This document shows, piece after piece, positions 16,569-29,810 of a stretch of DNA of 64,000 nt (positions are counted from its first letter, which is position 1; the number at the start of each line of letters is the position of its first letter). Made by a program: the position numbers and the translations under genes. The DNA is taken from NCBI RefSeq assembly GCF_009914755.1, contig NC_060932.1. One strand, given 5' to 3'. The notes under the pieces were generated by a model, which was not told the origin of the DNA, made no database searches, and worked only from the letters and a program-made list of their open reading frames with translations. This DNA is from the human T2T-CHM13v2.0 reference genome, Homo sapiens.

Positions 16569-17867
16569 GATTTATTCCAACTGACACAAGACAACTCTTT
16601 GAGGCTAAATACTCTACATTATTCATTATATTCATGAATAATTTAAAGCTTAAATGTCAGCATTCTAAATAATTTATAATTTTAAAAAAGTAGATAGGTT
16701 AAAATGAAATCTTATTAGGACTAAAGATGTATTGATTTTATTTTTCTAACTGCTTACTACAATATTGAAAAAATATTAAGTAGACATTGCAATGATGTTT
16801 GCAAGCTAACCTGTGAATTATACTGCTAATATTTGCTAGCAATTAGTACTAAATTTATTGGGGATAGATTTTGAAACTTTATTATCTGATTATTTAAAAA
16901 CTCAATCACAATATTGAGGAAAAAAGTACTTAAAATATTTATAATTGCAAAGCATTTAGAGTCATGTTGTCTAAGCAAAATGGTTTATTATTACTTAAAA
17001 ATTCTTAAATTTAAAAAATGTACATATTTATATTTATCTAAAATTGTATTTACTTATCCATACGTTTATTAATAAATAAAACTATAAAGGATTATAAAGT
17101 TATTTTGTTTGGGAAAAAAAATCTTCCAGAACAATATGCAAAAGTAACATTATTATTTAAAATGTGGTTAAGTAAAAATTTACTCCATAAAATTTTCACT
17201 CCATTAAATAACTCATTTTGAGAATTTACTCTCTCAAGTTCTGGAAACAGTTACTTTAAAATAGTTCATCTGTATTTTATGTATTCTTTAAAAGAAGTAA
17301 GAAGAACCAGGGTAGAAGAAATAATGAGAAAATGTAACAAAATAGGTGATAAGGCAGTTTTATACTGAAGTTTATATGCTCCTAGGTACAGAATAGGACT
17401 ATTATTTCTGAGAAACCAAGTGGAATTAACACTTACTCAAATAGAAACCAACTCATATACTTTAAAAATTGAAGCAAATTCTCAAACTCTATGTCATAAA
17501 TACCTTTGCTTCATTAATTTTGGCAACTGAGTTTACTGAATGTCAGAAGTATCTCATATTTGCATTATTGAAAACATCTTTTAAAATAGTTGTCATTTTA
17601 GTTTTAAGGAGTCCTGAATATTTATTTAAATTTGAGCTATGATTTATTTAACTATAAAAAAGTATTTCTCTGCAAGTACATTTCTATAAGCAAGCTACAG
17701 TTTCACAATTTCTCTAACCATGTATATGGCTGTATAATGAATATTAACATATGGTCTATAATTGTATATACATACACACAGTTCATATACATATGAACTA
17801 TGCTTCTCAATTTGATGATAAAATATAGAAGGAGAAAACATAAATTGAAGAATTAAAATGTACTTAC

Positions 17868-18043
17868 AAAGTCAAAGTCTCCATCTTGAGGAACTTTCCA
17901 GTTATCAGGAAAAACGTTTTTGGACATAGGGAAGGGTTCATGCATGTTCTGATTACAGTTTTCGTGACTCTTATTCTTGAAGTCTTGCTTATCAAAGTAG
18001 TCCATGAAAGATGGTCTTTGTACTTGTGGTGAGGTTGCATTTC
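17868..18043 (-). CDS. STK3: STK3/MST2 internal coding exon (176 bp, exon 10; R381-F439, ends just before the SARAH domain)
   Basis: (A)GA AAT GCA... reads RNATSPQVQRPSFMDYFDKQDFKNKSHENCNQNMHEPFPMSKNVFPDNWKVPQDGDFDF. Acceptor TTTACCTAAG|GA, donor TTT|GTAAGT; phase matches the preceding exon. Not in the ORF track in this frame. Confidence 0.98.
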
Positions 18044-18468
18044 CTTAGGTAAACAAAGAACATAAGGAAGGTATAAGTTCTTACATTTAAGGAAGTATTT
18101 TCTTTGAAGTATGATTTTTTTATGAAGCCATATAATAAATTTGCACTGGTCAGATTCAAGGCCAACATAATTAATTTCATAAAGAACAAAGTGAAATAAA
18201 ATAAGAATTAAAAAATACCCAGACCAAATAAAAATTAAGCTGATGATTAGGCAAAGGTCTGGAATGTTTAGATTGTAGAAACATTTCAGAAGTTTAGTAA
18301 AATCATTATCAGAATTTTATTAAAAATCATTTCAGCTTTATTTCAAATTTCTCAAAGAAAGTAAATTTTAAAAACTCAGGTGTTTTTGGTGGGCTTTTTT
18401 TCTTTGCATTTAAGCCTGCATTGCTATTGTTATTGTACATTTTCAGCTGTAAGAAATTATGAGGACTT

Positions 18469-18795
<327 letters not shown>

Positions 18796-18839
18796 AAAAT
18801 CATAAGAACTTACTCAGTTTCCTCTTATATTTATCAAAC

Positions 18840-19430
18840 TGCTTCCTCAGTCTTTCTGATTCCCTCTGTCCCTGGACTTCCATGGCTTCGCCTGCCACAC
18901 TTACATCCATGTCTCCCAACACTACTTCTCTAGCCCAGACTTTGCGCCTAAGTTCCATAACTAACTTTGCTAGCTATTAGACAACTTAATCTGAGGTGAG
19001 TTGCCAATTAATTTACCAGTTCTAAAACTAAATTCAAGATCTTTCCCTTCAAACCTACAGCTCCCCCGACATATTCTATCTCCACTAAAGTCAACCTTAT
19101 TTACTCAATCCCCAAAATAATAAAGTTGAGAATTAATTCAGACTCCTCCCTTCCCACCATAGCAAACTGATTATTAGGTCTTTTAATTCTACTTCTCAGT
19201 ACAGTTAACTATAACCCCTTTTCTCTACTTATCATTGCAACTGTCTTAGTTTAGCTTCTAATCACTTCTTGCTTAGGCCATTGTAGCAGCCTCCAAACTA
19301 GTCTCCTTGCTTCCAATATCACAGTTTTGATTTTAATTTCCATATTGTCAAAGTGGTGACCTTTCTAAATACAAACCAAAAGATGTCATTCTGCTCAGAA
19401 TCTTTCAATGGCTCTTCATTTTTTATACTG
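18840..19430 (+). mobile_element. L2 fragment
   Basis: TTGTAGCAGCCTCCAAACTAGTCTCCTTGCTTCCA; AATCTTTCAATGGCTC. Confidence 0.65.
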
Positions 19431-19522
19431 AATGACTAAATAGGAAATAAATATTTGGAATAACTAGATTTTTAATCTGGCTATATTGGTCTTGATCAGT
19501 GGTTTTCAAATTGGATCCTTAA

Positions 19523-19921
<399 letters not shown>

Positions 19922-19924
19922 TAA

Positions 19925-20155
19925 AATTGAAATCTTTCCTTCCGTAATTTACACTCATGTTCCAAATAAATTACTCTTTCGTATAATTGTCCCTCAAATA
20001 TCTGAAGACAGAGGTAATGGCTCCTGTCTTGGCTGTCTATTTTTAATATAAAACATCCCCAGTTCCTTTCATAGGATATATGTTTCAGATTCATCATCAA
20101 CTTGTTTACTTGCCTATGGAGACATTCTAGTCTCACTGTTCCTCTAAAAAGAAAC
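19925..20155 (-). mobile_element. L3/CR1 LINE fragment
   Basis: Track ORF contains RLECLHRQVNKLMMNLKHISYER, a decayed form of the CR1 ORF2 C-terminal KLERVQRRATRMVKGLE..SYEERL motif. Confidence 0.7.
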
Positions 20156-21253
20156 ATAATATTCATAACAGTTATCTGACCAACCTAGATTGCATTTGTA
20201 ATAGTCCTAGCACAGTTGAAAACTACAGTTACTACTATGACAACTAAGTAACAATGTTAGTTGGGAAGAGCTTTAAGGTCATTTTGGTCAAAAGAAAGCA
20301 TGTTAAGACTTATTTTTAGTCTTTAAAAATATGAGGGAAGCCTAAATCGATGCCTACTTTATGTGGCAAATCAGAGAGTCCGGAATTCTTAATCAAACTT
20401 CAAAAAACAAAAGCGGGGGGGACGGAGATTGAACTGACAGGTAAACGTCCTATCTCCTCTTTCCTTTCTCCCTACTTTTGGATCTCTATGTGTGTTATTT
20501 GACAGATTGGAAGCCTAGGTGAGGCGGCTTAGGTGAGGTTATAAGAGAGAGTGGTAATGGTGATATTTATTCATTAAAAAAATTCTGTCTCATTGCCTTA
20601 AAATAAAATGGTTTGCCATATCAAAACAGAGGTTTTATTGACTTCACCTTATGTGTTTTAAAAAAATTTTTATAAGATAAAATTTACCATCTTACTTCTG
20701 GGTATATATCCGGAATTGAAAGCCAGGTCTTGAAGAGATATCTGTAACCCCATGTCTATTGCAGCATTATTCATAACAGCTAAAACATGGAAGCAAGCCA
20801 AGTGCCCATTAGCAAAATGTGAGGAAGGAAATTCTGACACATGCTACAACATGGATGAACCTTGAGGACATTATGCTATGTGAAATAAGCTAGTAACAAA
20901 AGAACAAAATACTGTATGATCCCACTTATGTCAGGTATTTAGAGTAGTCAACATCATAGAGACAGAAAACAGAATGGTGGTTGCTAGGGACTAAGAGGAG
21001 TGGGAAATGGGGAGTCGGCGTTTAACAGGTACAGCAGTTGAGTTTTACAAGATGAAAAGAGTTATGGAAATTGATGGTGGTGATGGCTGCACAACTTTAT
21101 GGAAGTGCTTAAGATTAATACTATTGAACTAGATACAGGCATATTTCGCAGTTATTGCAGGTTTGGTTCCAGACCACTGCAATAATGAGAATATCGCAAT
21201 AATGTAAGTCACATAAATTTTTTGGTTTCCCAGTGCACATAAAAGTTATGTTT

Positions 21254-21547
21254 GTTTGTTTGCCTTCACAACGTCAATTTTCTTAAAAATTTCTTTTTAA
21301 CTTTTAAGGTCAGGGGTACATGTGCAGATTTGTTACATAGGTAAACTTGTGTCATGGGGGTTTGTTTTACAGATTATTTCATCACCCACGTATTAAGCCT
21401 AGTACCCATTTGTTTTTTCTGATCCTCTCCCTCCTCCCAGCCTCCACTCTCTGAAAAGTCCCAGTGTGTGTTGTTCCCCAGATGTGGCCATGTATTCTCA
21501 TCATTTAGCTTCCACTTGTAAGTGAGAACATGCGGTATTTGGTTTTC
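21254..21547 (-). mobile_element. Older L1PA (about PA10-13) 3' end inserted in Tigger1
   Basis: CAGGGGTACATGTGCAGATTTGTTACATAGGTAAAC...GTGAGAACATGCGGTATTTGGTTTTCT; TSD TAAAAGTTATGTTT at 21240-21253 and 21548-21561. Confidence 0.92.
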
Positions 21548-21561
21548 TAAAAGTTATGTTT

Positions 21562-21732
21562 AGGAGTGACATCAGAAAGATGGCTGACAAGAGAGGCCTG
21601 GTGCTAGTCCACTCTCAACAAAAAAAGACCGAGGCAACAGATAAATAGCTAAGATTTGACTGGAGTGTCAGTGGGAGAACCCTGGAGAATAACGAGAGAG
21701 TGCAGAGGCACCTGTGCTGCTTAGAAGTCCAG
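21562..21732 (+). mobile_element. Probable L1 5'-UTR start fragment
   Basis: GGAGTGACATCAGAAAGATGGCTGA resembles the AAGATGGC (YY1-site) start of L1PB/L1MA 5' ends; not Tigger1 sequence. Confidence 0.6.
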
Positions 21733-23870
21733 TTTGGGGTGGCTGTAGTGTTTCTTAAATAATACCGCAGTGAAGTTTGCTGTATCAGTTAACTCTTCCT
21801 TTCACAAAATGTTTCTCTGTAGCATGAGATGCAGTTTCGTAACATTTTACCCACAGCACAGTGTCTCTCAAAATTGTAGTCAATCCTCTCAAACTCTACC
21901 ACTGCTTTATCAACTGAGTTTATGGAAAATTCTAAGTCCTTTGTTGTCATTTCAACAATGTTCACAGCATCTTCACAAGGAGTAGATTCCATCGCAAGAA
22001 ACCACTTTCTTTGCTCATCCATAAGAAGCAACTCTTCATCTGTTCAAGTTTAATCATGAGATTGCAGCAACGCAGGCACATCTTCAGGCTGTACTTCCAA
22101 GTCTAGTTCTTTCGCTATTACCATCACACTTGCAGTTACTTCCTCCACTGAAGTCTTTAACCCCTTAAAGTCATCCATGAGGGTTGGAATGGACTTCTTC
22201 CAACCTCCTGTTAATGCTGATCTTTTTACTTCCTCCTATGAATCACAAATGTTCTTAATAACATGAAGAATGATGAATCCTTTCCAGAAGGTTTTCAACT
22301 TACTTGATCCAGATCCATCAAAGCAATCATTATTTACGGCAGATATTGCCTTATAAAATGTATTTCTTAATAATAAGACTTGAAAGTCTAAAATACTCCT
22401 GGATCTATGGGCTACAAAATGGATGTTGTGTTAGCAGGCATGAAAACAACATTAATTTCCTTGCATATTTCCATCAGACCCCTTGGGTGACCAGGTGCAT
22501 TCTCACTGAGCAGTAACAGTCCAAAGATAATCTTTTTTTCTCAGCAGTAGGTCTCAACAGTGGGCTTAAAATATTCAGCAAACCATAGTGCAAACAAATG
22601 TGCTGCCATCCAGGCTTCATTATTCCATTTATAGAGCACAGGCAGAGCAGAATGAGCATAATTTTTAAGGGCCCTAGGATTTTCAAAACAGTAAATGAAC
22701 ATTGGCTTCAACTTAGTCACCACCACCAGCCTGTCCTTTGAAGCTCTGAAGCCAGGCATTGACTTCTCCTCTGTAGCTAGGAAAGTCTTAGATGACATCT
22801 TCCAATAGAAGACTTGTTTATTCTATATTGAAATTCTGTTGTTTAGGGTAGCCACCTTCATCAATTATCTTAGCTACATCTTCTGGATAACTTGCTGCAG
22901 CTTCTCCATCAGTACTTGCTGCTTCACTTTGTACTTGTATGGTCTGGAGATAGCTTCTTTCCTTAAACGTCATGAACCAACCTATGCTAGCTTCAAACTT
23001 TTCTTCTGCAGCTTCCTTACCTCTTTCAGCCTTCCAGAATTAAACAGAGTTAGAGCCTTGCTCTGGGTTAGACTTTGGCTTAAGGAAATGTTGTGACTGG
23101 TTTAATCTTCTATCCACACCACTCAAACTTTCTCCATATCAGAAAGAGAAAGGCTGTTTCACTTTCTTATCATTCATGTGTTCACTGGAGTAGAACTTTT
23201 AATTTCCTTTAAGAAGTTTTTCTTTGCATTCACAACTTGGCTGTTTGGTGCAAGAGGCCTAGCTTTCACCCAGTCTCAGCTTTCAATATGCCTTCCTCAC
23301 TAAGTTTAATCATTTCTAGCTTTTGATTTAAAGTGAGAGATGTGTGACTCTTCCTTTCACTTTAGCACATAGAGGCCATTGCAGGGTTATCAATGGGCCT
23401 AATTTCAATATTGTGATGTCTCAGAGAAAAGGGAGGCCTGAGGAGAGAGACAGAGACAAGGTAATGGCCTGCTGGTGGGGCAGTCAGAACACATACTACA
23501 TTTATCAATTAAATTCGCCATCTTATATAGGCGCAGTTTGTTGTACCCCAAAACAATTACAATAGTAGCACCAAAGACCACTGATCACAGATCAGTGTAA
23601 CAGACATAATAATGATGAAAAGGTTTGAAATATTGTGAAAAGTACCAAACTATGACACAGAAACACAAAGTGAGCACATAACATTGGAAAAACAGTGCCA
23701 ATAGACTTGCTTGACACAAGGTTGCCACAAACCTTCAATCTGTAAAACACAGAATGTCTGTGAAGCACAAAAAAGCAAATTGCAATAATGAGGTATGCTT
23801 ATGTTTAAAAATGGTTAAGATGGTGAATTTTAGGTTATATGTATTTTACCACAATAAAAAAATTTTTTTT

Positions 23871-24340
23871 AATTACCATCAAAAATGTGCCATTCAGTAG
23901 CATGAAGTATTGTGTGACCAATCTTCACCTTGCAAAATGGAGACTCTTGTACCCAATGAACAACTTGCCATTTTCCCCTACCTCTAGCAACCACCATTTT
24001 ACTTCCTGTTTTTATGAATCTTACTACTCTGGATATGTCATATAAGTATAATCCATTAAAGTGGTATTTTTTTGTTTTTCTTTGTTTTTTTTATGACTGG
24101 CTTATTTCATTTAACATAATGACCTCAAGGTTCATTCATGTTGTGGCATGTGTCAGCATTTCCTTCCTTTTCAAGAATAAATAACATTCAACTCTATGTA
24201 TATACTACATTTTGCTTATCCATTTGTCTGTCAATGAACACTTGGGTTTTTCTACTTTTGTTGAATAATGCTCCTATGAATATTGTTGAATAATGCTCCT
24301 ATGAACATGAGTATAGAAATACATCTTAGAGATCCTGCTA
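23871..24340 (-). mobile_element. L1MB 3' fragment (its extreme 3' end lies at ~20660-20691)
   Basis: CTAGCAACCACCATTTTACTT...GACTGGCTTATTTCATTTAACATAATG...GAACACTTGGGTT. Confidence 0.8.
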
Positions 24341-24569
24341 ATTATGTGGCTTTGTGTTATTTACTCTTTTTTAAATAAGTTTTTCTCTATGTGCAGATCT
24401 TTAGTTGCAAGTAATCTTATTTTTTAATATCTATCCAGAGGCCTTTTTTGCTTTCTAATGGGTGTTTTGATGGTTGAGCCTAATCTCTGATTAAATGAAT
24501 GATTACAATACAATGTAAACATGTGAATAATATAATTATTGGTAAAAGTAATTTTTATTTTTACCCTAT

Positions 24570-24916
24570 GAGTATGTTGTATGTATGTATGTATGGATGG
24601 ATGGGTGGGTGGACTGACTGATTTGATTGCCTGACAGGGTCTCTCCTTCTGTCTCCCATGCTGGAGTGCAGTGGCATGATCTCCGCCCACTGAAGGCTTG
24701 ACCTTCTGGGCTCAAGCGATTTTCCCATCTCAGCCTCCTGAGTAGCTAGGACTACAGGCATGCACCGCCACACTCGGTTAATTTTTGTTTACTTTTTGTA
24801 GAGATGAGGTCTTACTATGTTGCCCAGGCTGGTTTCAAACTCCTGGACTCAAGCAATCCTCCCATTTTGGCCTCCCAAAGTGCTGGCATCACAGGTGTGG
24901 GCCACCATACCTCGCT
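24570..24916 (-). mobile_element. AluJ whose tail has become a compound tetranucleotide repeat
   Basis: GACAGGGTCTC...GGGCTCAAGCGAT...CTCCCAAAGTGCTGG; tail (TATG)n(GATG)n(GGTG)n(GACT)n. Confidence 0.93.
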
Positions 24917-27289
24917 GAGTTATGTCTTTTAAATGTGTTTCCATCTTTACTTTTCATTAAACCGTAAGTTCCCTAATGTAGAATTCCAAATCCTTTACCT
25001 AAATAATTTCACAGATAACTCTATTAATTTGTGTTTTTGACTGTCTACCCAGATGTTGAATACCTATGAACAACAGCAGGAGCCATGGTTTTTCATCATT
25101 ACTTTTGAATTAGTAGATGCTATATGTATTTCATTACTAGCATTGGTGCACTGCTGATAATGTATTTGAGAAAGTATTGTGACTACTACAATTATTATTA
25201 GGCTGGTGCAAGTAATAACAGAATGATCTATCCCAGTAGAGTCAGAAAGAACCTGATTTTCAGAATATACATGTATTAGTGGAAAAATAGAAAAAGACTC
25301 TCAACACAACTGTTTATCTAAGGACCAATCCTCTAATTACAGCTGTTCCAGCTTTAGATGGCTAGAAAATGTGACAAGACATCTGGGACCCAAATGGTAC
25401 CCACTGTAAAGATATTGAGACATTCTATGAAATTTAAGATAGTATAAAACACCAATATTTGTGGTAAACCTTTAGAACTTAGAACACTCTCATATCTCAC
25501 ATTCAAAGCTCATGAAAAAGAAACTCCTTAGGGACAGTTCAGCATGAAAACAGCCAAAGCTGCCTTTAGATTTCCTGTCGTAACAGACTTTACAAGTATG
25601 TTAAAAATGAACAAAATATATAGAAGAGAAGGTGTAATATTTCAACGATCAATAAATATGCTAAAAATAAAGATATGGTGTCTATGGTGTTCATCTTCAA
25701 CTTTGTTCCCTGAAATCAACAACAAAAATAGAAATTGGTTAATTTGATGGGTTACATTACTGACATTTAGACAGGACACATACATTCCATTAACATTTTC
25801 AGCAGATTTTTAGTACCTTTGATTTGTCTCTAGGCTTCATCATTACAAGACGTATTTCTCTATATTCAGAATTGAAACTCGGTTCCCATGGTAACCTCTT
25901 ATACTAAAATAGAGTCTAGGAATTTAACCTGTTATTCTCCATTTCTGCCCCATTTTGTAAGTTTAAAAAAATTACAAGTGTAGCTCAACTTACACATATT
26001 TTTTATAAACCAATTGAGTAAATCAAACCATAAAGCTGGGAGAAGGGGGATAATCCCTTAAAGAAATTCTTTGCTCAATATTCTTTTTGTTTCTTTTTCT
26101 TTTTAAAGGGAAGATTAATTCTGTAATAGAATTATATATTTAGTTGTAAGTTCTGTTTTCATCAAGAAGTCTTAAAATGTGTCACACACATAAATACATC
26201 TGAAAACTTTAACATTCAGTATTATATAATAAGGGTTATCAAGTTTGTCAAGGAAAGTCAGAATCAGGGAGGAGAGAAAAAATGGTTTCTTTAGAAACTA
26301 ACTGCTGGAAAAGTAAGAAACTCCTAAACCACCATTATCAACTGCATTTGATAATGAAAAGAAAGGTTTCACTGAAGCGTATTTCTAGATAGCATTCTTT
26401 AAAAAGTAAATTTAGTATTTGTAGGTGCTTTGGTAAGAACAAAACAAAAACAACAGAAACTACAAAAAGCATGCATTGTGGCACTACTAATCCAGTGAAG
26501 ACAACAGCACTCTGTGACCTATGTTCCTCCCCAGATCATCTTCCTCTCTCCACACCAAGCCAGGACCACATTGCTTTCATTAATTTTTTTTTTTTTTTTC
26601 ATCCAGCACTGGCTTCACTGCTGAGGCTCTCGTTATGGTCTTGTTTTCTCCTCAACTGGGAGATAAGAAACTCTTCATCCCAGAATCTTTACAAACTCCC
26701 CAGTGCTGTAATAAACAGTCAGGGTTCTCTTGATATACCACTGACTCTTACTTTGGACCTCTATCTGAGAAAATTCACCCAAACCATTATTGGAGTAAAT
26801 TAAAAACTAATCTTTTCCTACCAGAAACTAACATTTATAGAGCACCTATTCTAATATGACCTACATATTAAGAGTAGCAGCATACACTGGGAAGGAGAAG
26901 GAGAAAAATAAAATCTCAGAAGTTGCTCTTTTCACTACAAAGAACAGAGTGGGGGAAATTTTAATCTTCTATAAAAACCTTCAAAACAGAAAGATGGGCT
27001 GAGCAGGCATTTCCTTTAGAAATGAGGAGAGTAAGAAAAAGGCTGAAGGAAAGACAATGTTCTTTTCTGCAATGAGTCAGAGAAGAAACAGTTTGATTAG
27101 AGAGAAGTGGTAGCAACAGAAAGGGGAGAAGCAGACTACTCCTTGGTGTTGACTAAATAAAGAAAGGAAATTACTAGGAAATTTCATTCCAGGAATCTAC
27201 TCTTCCAACCCCAACAGCCTTGTGCGTGCTCCTGACAACATCCCAATCAGGAGCTTCTAACTGAAGTCACATAAGCCACCACCAATGTT

Positions 27290-27923
27290 GTAGTGTCTCA
27301 AAGTGAAAAATTTGCCTCCCTAATATCTATAATCCCTAGCTTCCTGACTAGGGGTGAGAAAGTATCTATCTCATTGGAAAAAGTGGCCATGTAATACAAT
27401 TCTGGCTAATGACACATAAAAATAAGGGTTTGGGCCAGGTATGGTGGCTCATACCTCTAATCCCAGCATTTTGGGAGGTTGAGGCAGGAGGATTGCTTGA
27501 GGCCAGGAGTTTGAAGCTGCAATAAGCTATGGGCTATGATCACAAACACCATATTCCAGTCTAGATGACAGAGTGAGACCCTTCTCTTAAAAAAAAATCA
27601 AGTAAGGTTTTCTAGGAAAGTTCTGTTTTCTTGATATAGGCACAATCCTTTCTGTTTTTTGCTCTTTTCTACTGCCTGGAATACAGACTTGATGGCTAGA
27701 GATCCTACATTTACTCTGCAGGCAGGAGAACAAGCATAATACCCTAAAAGATGGTGTCACAGAAATGATTTCTAATGACATCATGAACTCACTCCGCCAG
27801 TGCCGGATACTCTGCTTTTGGATTTCTCATCAAATGAGAAAAGAAATTAATCTTATTTTGTTTAAATCACTGTTATTTGGGTTTATTGGTACATACAGTC
27901 AAATTCAGTCCTTAACTGATACA
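27290..27923 (+). mobile_element. MLT1J-like LTR interrupted by an Alu monomer
   Basis: GTGGCCATGTAATACAATTCTGGCTAATGA; TGTTTAAATCACTGTTATTTGGG...TAACTGATACA. Confidence 0.7.
27433..27597 (+). mobile_element. Alu monomer (FAM/FRAM-like)
   Basis: Single arm: GGCCAGGTATGGTGGCTC...GCTGCAATAAGCTATG...GACAGAGTGAGACCC, A tail. Confidence 0.85.
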
Positions 27924-29329
27924 TTTCTATTCCCAAATGGAGGATGTAGGGAGAAGCAGAAGGAGCAGCAATCTGCAGTTTCACTGCAGAAACATCCCAA
28001 TTTCAAACTTGAAGTCCACTATTATACAGAGTAGTTTAAATATCACTACGTCTCAGATACATTATAGTTTTAAAGGTTTTTTTACAGGCTGACCTAAAAA
28101 ACCTATGGCAAAATGCCTTTTGGCTTCCATACTCAAAAATTTTAAAAATAACCCACTCCTAAGATAAAAATAAACATTCTTACAGAGTTAACAAAAGTTT
28201 TAAAAGCAACTTAAATAAAAGAAGGAGTCTATTCTGTCAGATTTTTCTTTTTGGATGATTTAATAACAAGATACTATTAACCAAGATATGTTTACACTTA
28301 ATTTTTTATTCAAATGTATAATGTATGTGCTTATACTTCTAAATATTTTCCATTGCTTAATTTAAAACCTAGTATTAACATTTAGAGTATCTCTTTGTCA
28401 TACACACAAAAAAAGATTAAAAAACAATTTTTAAAAAATTTTAAAGAGGAAAACAGGTTAGGTTTGTTTTAAAAGTTAATGGGAGGGGGCAGCTGCAATT
28501 GCCCAGTAATGTTTAACTACACAATATGAAACACATGCCACAATGCGCAGCTGAGTCTCCAGGGAGATACATGTTCACAGAAGTGGGACAGAGAGGATGA
28601 TGTTTCTGACTTACAATTTATTAAAAAAAATACTAGGCTCTTCAATGAGAAAATAAAGCAGGAAATCTCAAGATAGTAACCACTGTCATATGTGATGTGG
28701 TTGCTATGGCAAATACTTTTTTTAAGCACAAAAAGAATAATCATATAAAATTGACATCAATTTCTCCAGCTGCAGCCGAATTCTGACCCCAGCTTACAAA
28801 AACATTTTATTTTAACAATAATTTTAACGTTCAGAATTACCTAGTTCCTCAATTTTGGCCCTAATTCCTTCAACTAGTTGCTCATGGAACTAAAAACCTA
28901 TTAGCAATAAAGAATAAAGTAACTATCATTCATTCTCTTTGTGGATAAGAAATTTTAAAGAAAAAGGTTGCTTTTCATCTCCTTCATGCATCCCCAAAAC
29001 ATTTACAAGTAAACTAAATTGTGAGAAATATAATACCGTAGAAAATACGTCAGTCCACCCACAATTATTCATTAAGTTTCCTAATTTGCACATCTTCTAA
29101 ACAAGTAAAAAGTCCTCATAAAAATTTAAATATATAAAGTAATTTTTAAAAATACTTTAACAAAATAATTTAATTTTTAACTTCTTAGCATGATTATGAC
29201 AAAGATATTCAAGTTTAGAGAATAAAATAACAATCATAACTTTAGTAAAGTATGTGTCAACATCAAAAAGATTTATGAAGATTACCTAATTTGTTCTTCT
29301 AAAAATATTTTAAGATGTGGGTGGTTCCA

Positions 29330-29810
29330 CCTCATTAATGGCCTTCGAAATGTGTCCTTTAATTTGCTGCCAAGAGTATAGTGAATACATATAAAAACCA
29401 GGATGTTAACACAGAAGCTACTGACATCAGTTTTTTCCTGAACTTCACCATACTGTATTTTAAAACAAAGAAGGATAAACATAACATGGAGAAGGTCCAC
29501 AGACTATTCATAAAAGATTAAAAAGCTTAGAAAATAATACCTGCACAAAGGTTAAAGAGACTGAAATTATTCAGCCAAGAAAAGTCAAGTCTGAGAAAGA
29601 ACTTAATAAGTATCCAAGTATTTATGAAGGGTTCTTTGCACAGAAAATAGTGACCAGCTGTTTTCAATCTCCAATGAAGTCAGAATAGAAGGAAACAAAA
29701 ATTGAAGCCCAAAGATTTTAGTTAAATAAAAGGAAGGAGTTCCTGTGCGAGTAATGAATATTGTAATGGTCACTGTATCTATGAAAATGCTTTCTTCCAA
29801 GGCCTGTACA
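29330..29810 (+). mobile_element. L3/CR1 LINE fragment
   Basis: TGGAGAAGGTCCACAGA...AGGTTAAAGAGACTGAAATTATTCAGCC...ATGAAGGGTT...GACCAGCTGTTTTCAATCTCCA. Confidence 0.7.

Larger units (their letters stand above)
21136..23801 (-). mobile_element. Tigger1 (TcMar-Tigger/pogo) DNA transposon, near full length, transposase disrupted
   Basis: TA|CAGGCATA left end and GAGGTATGCTTA right end; transposase remnants [11 protein letters not shown]...[21 protein letters not shown] and [31 protein letters not shown]. Confidence 0.95.
20692..23870 (+). mobile_element. L1MB 3' portion split by Tigger1 (pieces 20692-21135 and ~23802-23870)
   Basis: CAACATGGATGAACCTTGAGGACATTATGCT...GATGGTGGTGATGG; resumes TTAAAAATGGTTAAGATGGTGAATTTTA; flanked by AATTTACCATC / AATTACCATC. 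Confidence 0.85.

Noticed and set aside
21789-22798. Possible domesticated TIGD1-like transposase gene
   Set aside because: Fragmented by stops, frameshifts and deletions; an ordinary Tigger1 fossil.
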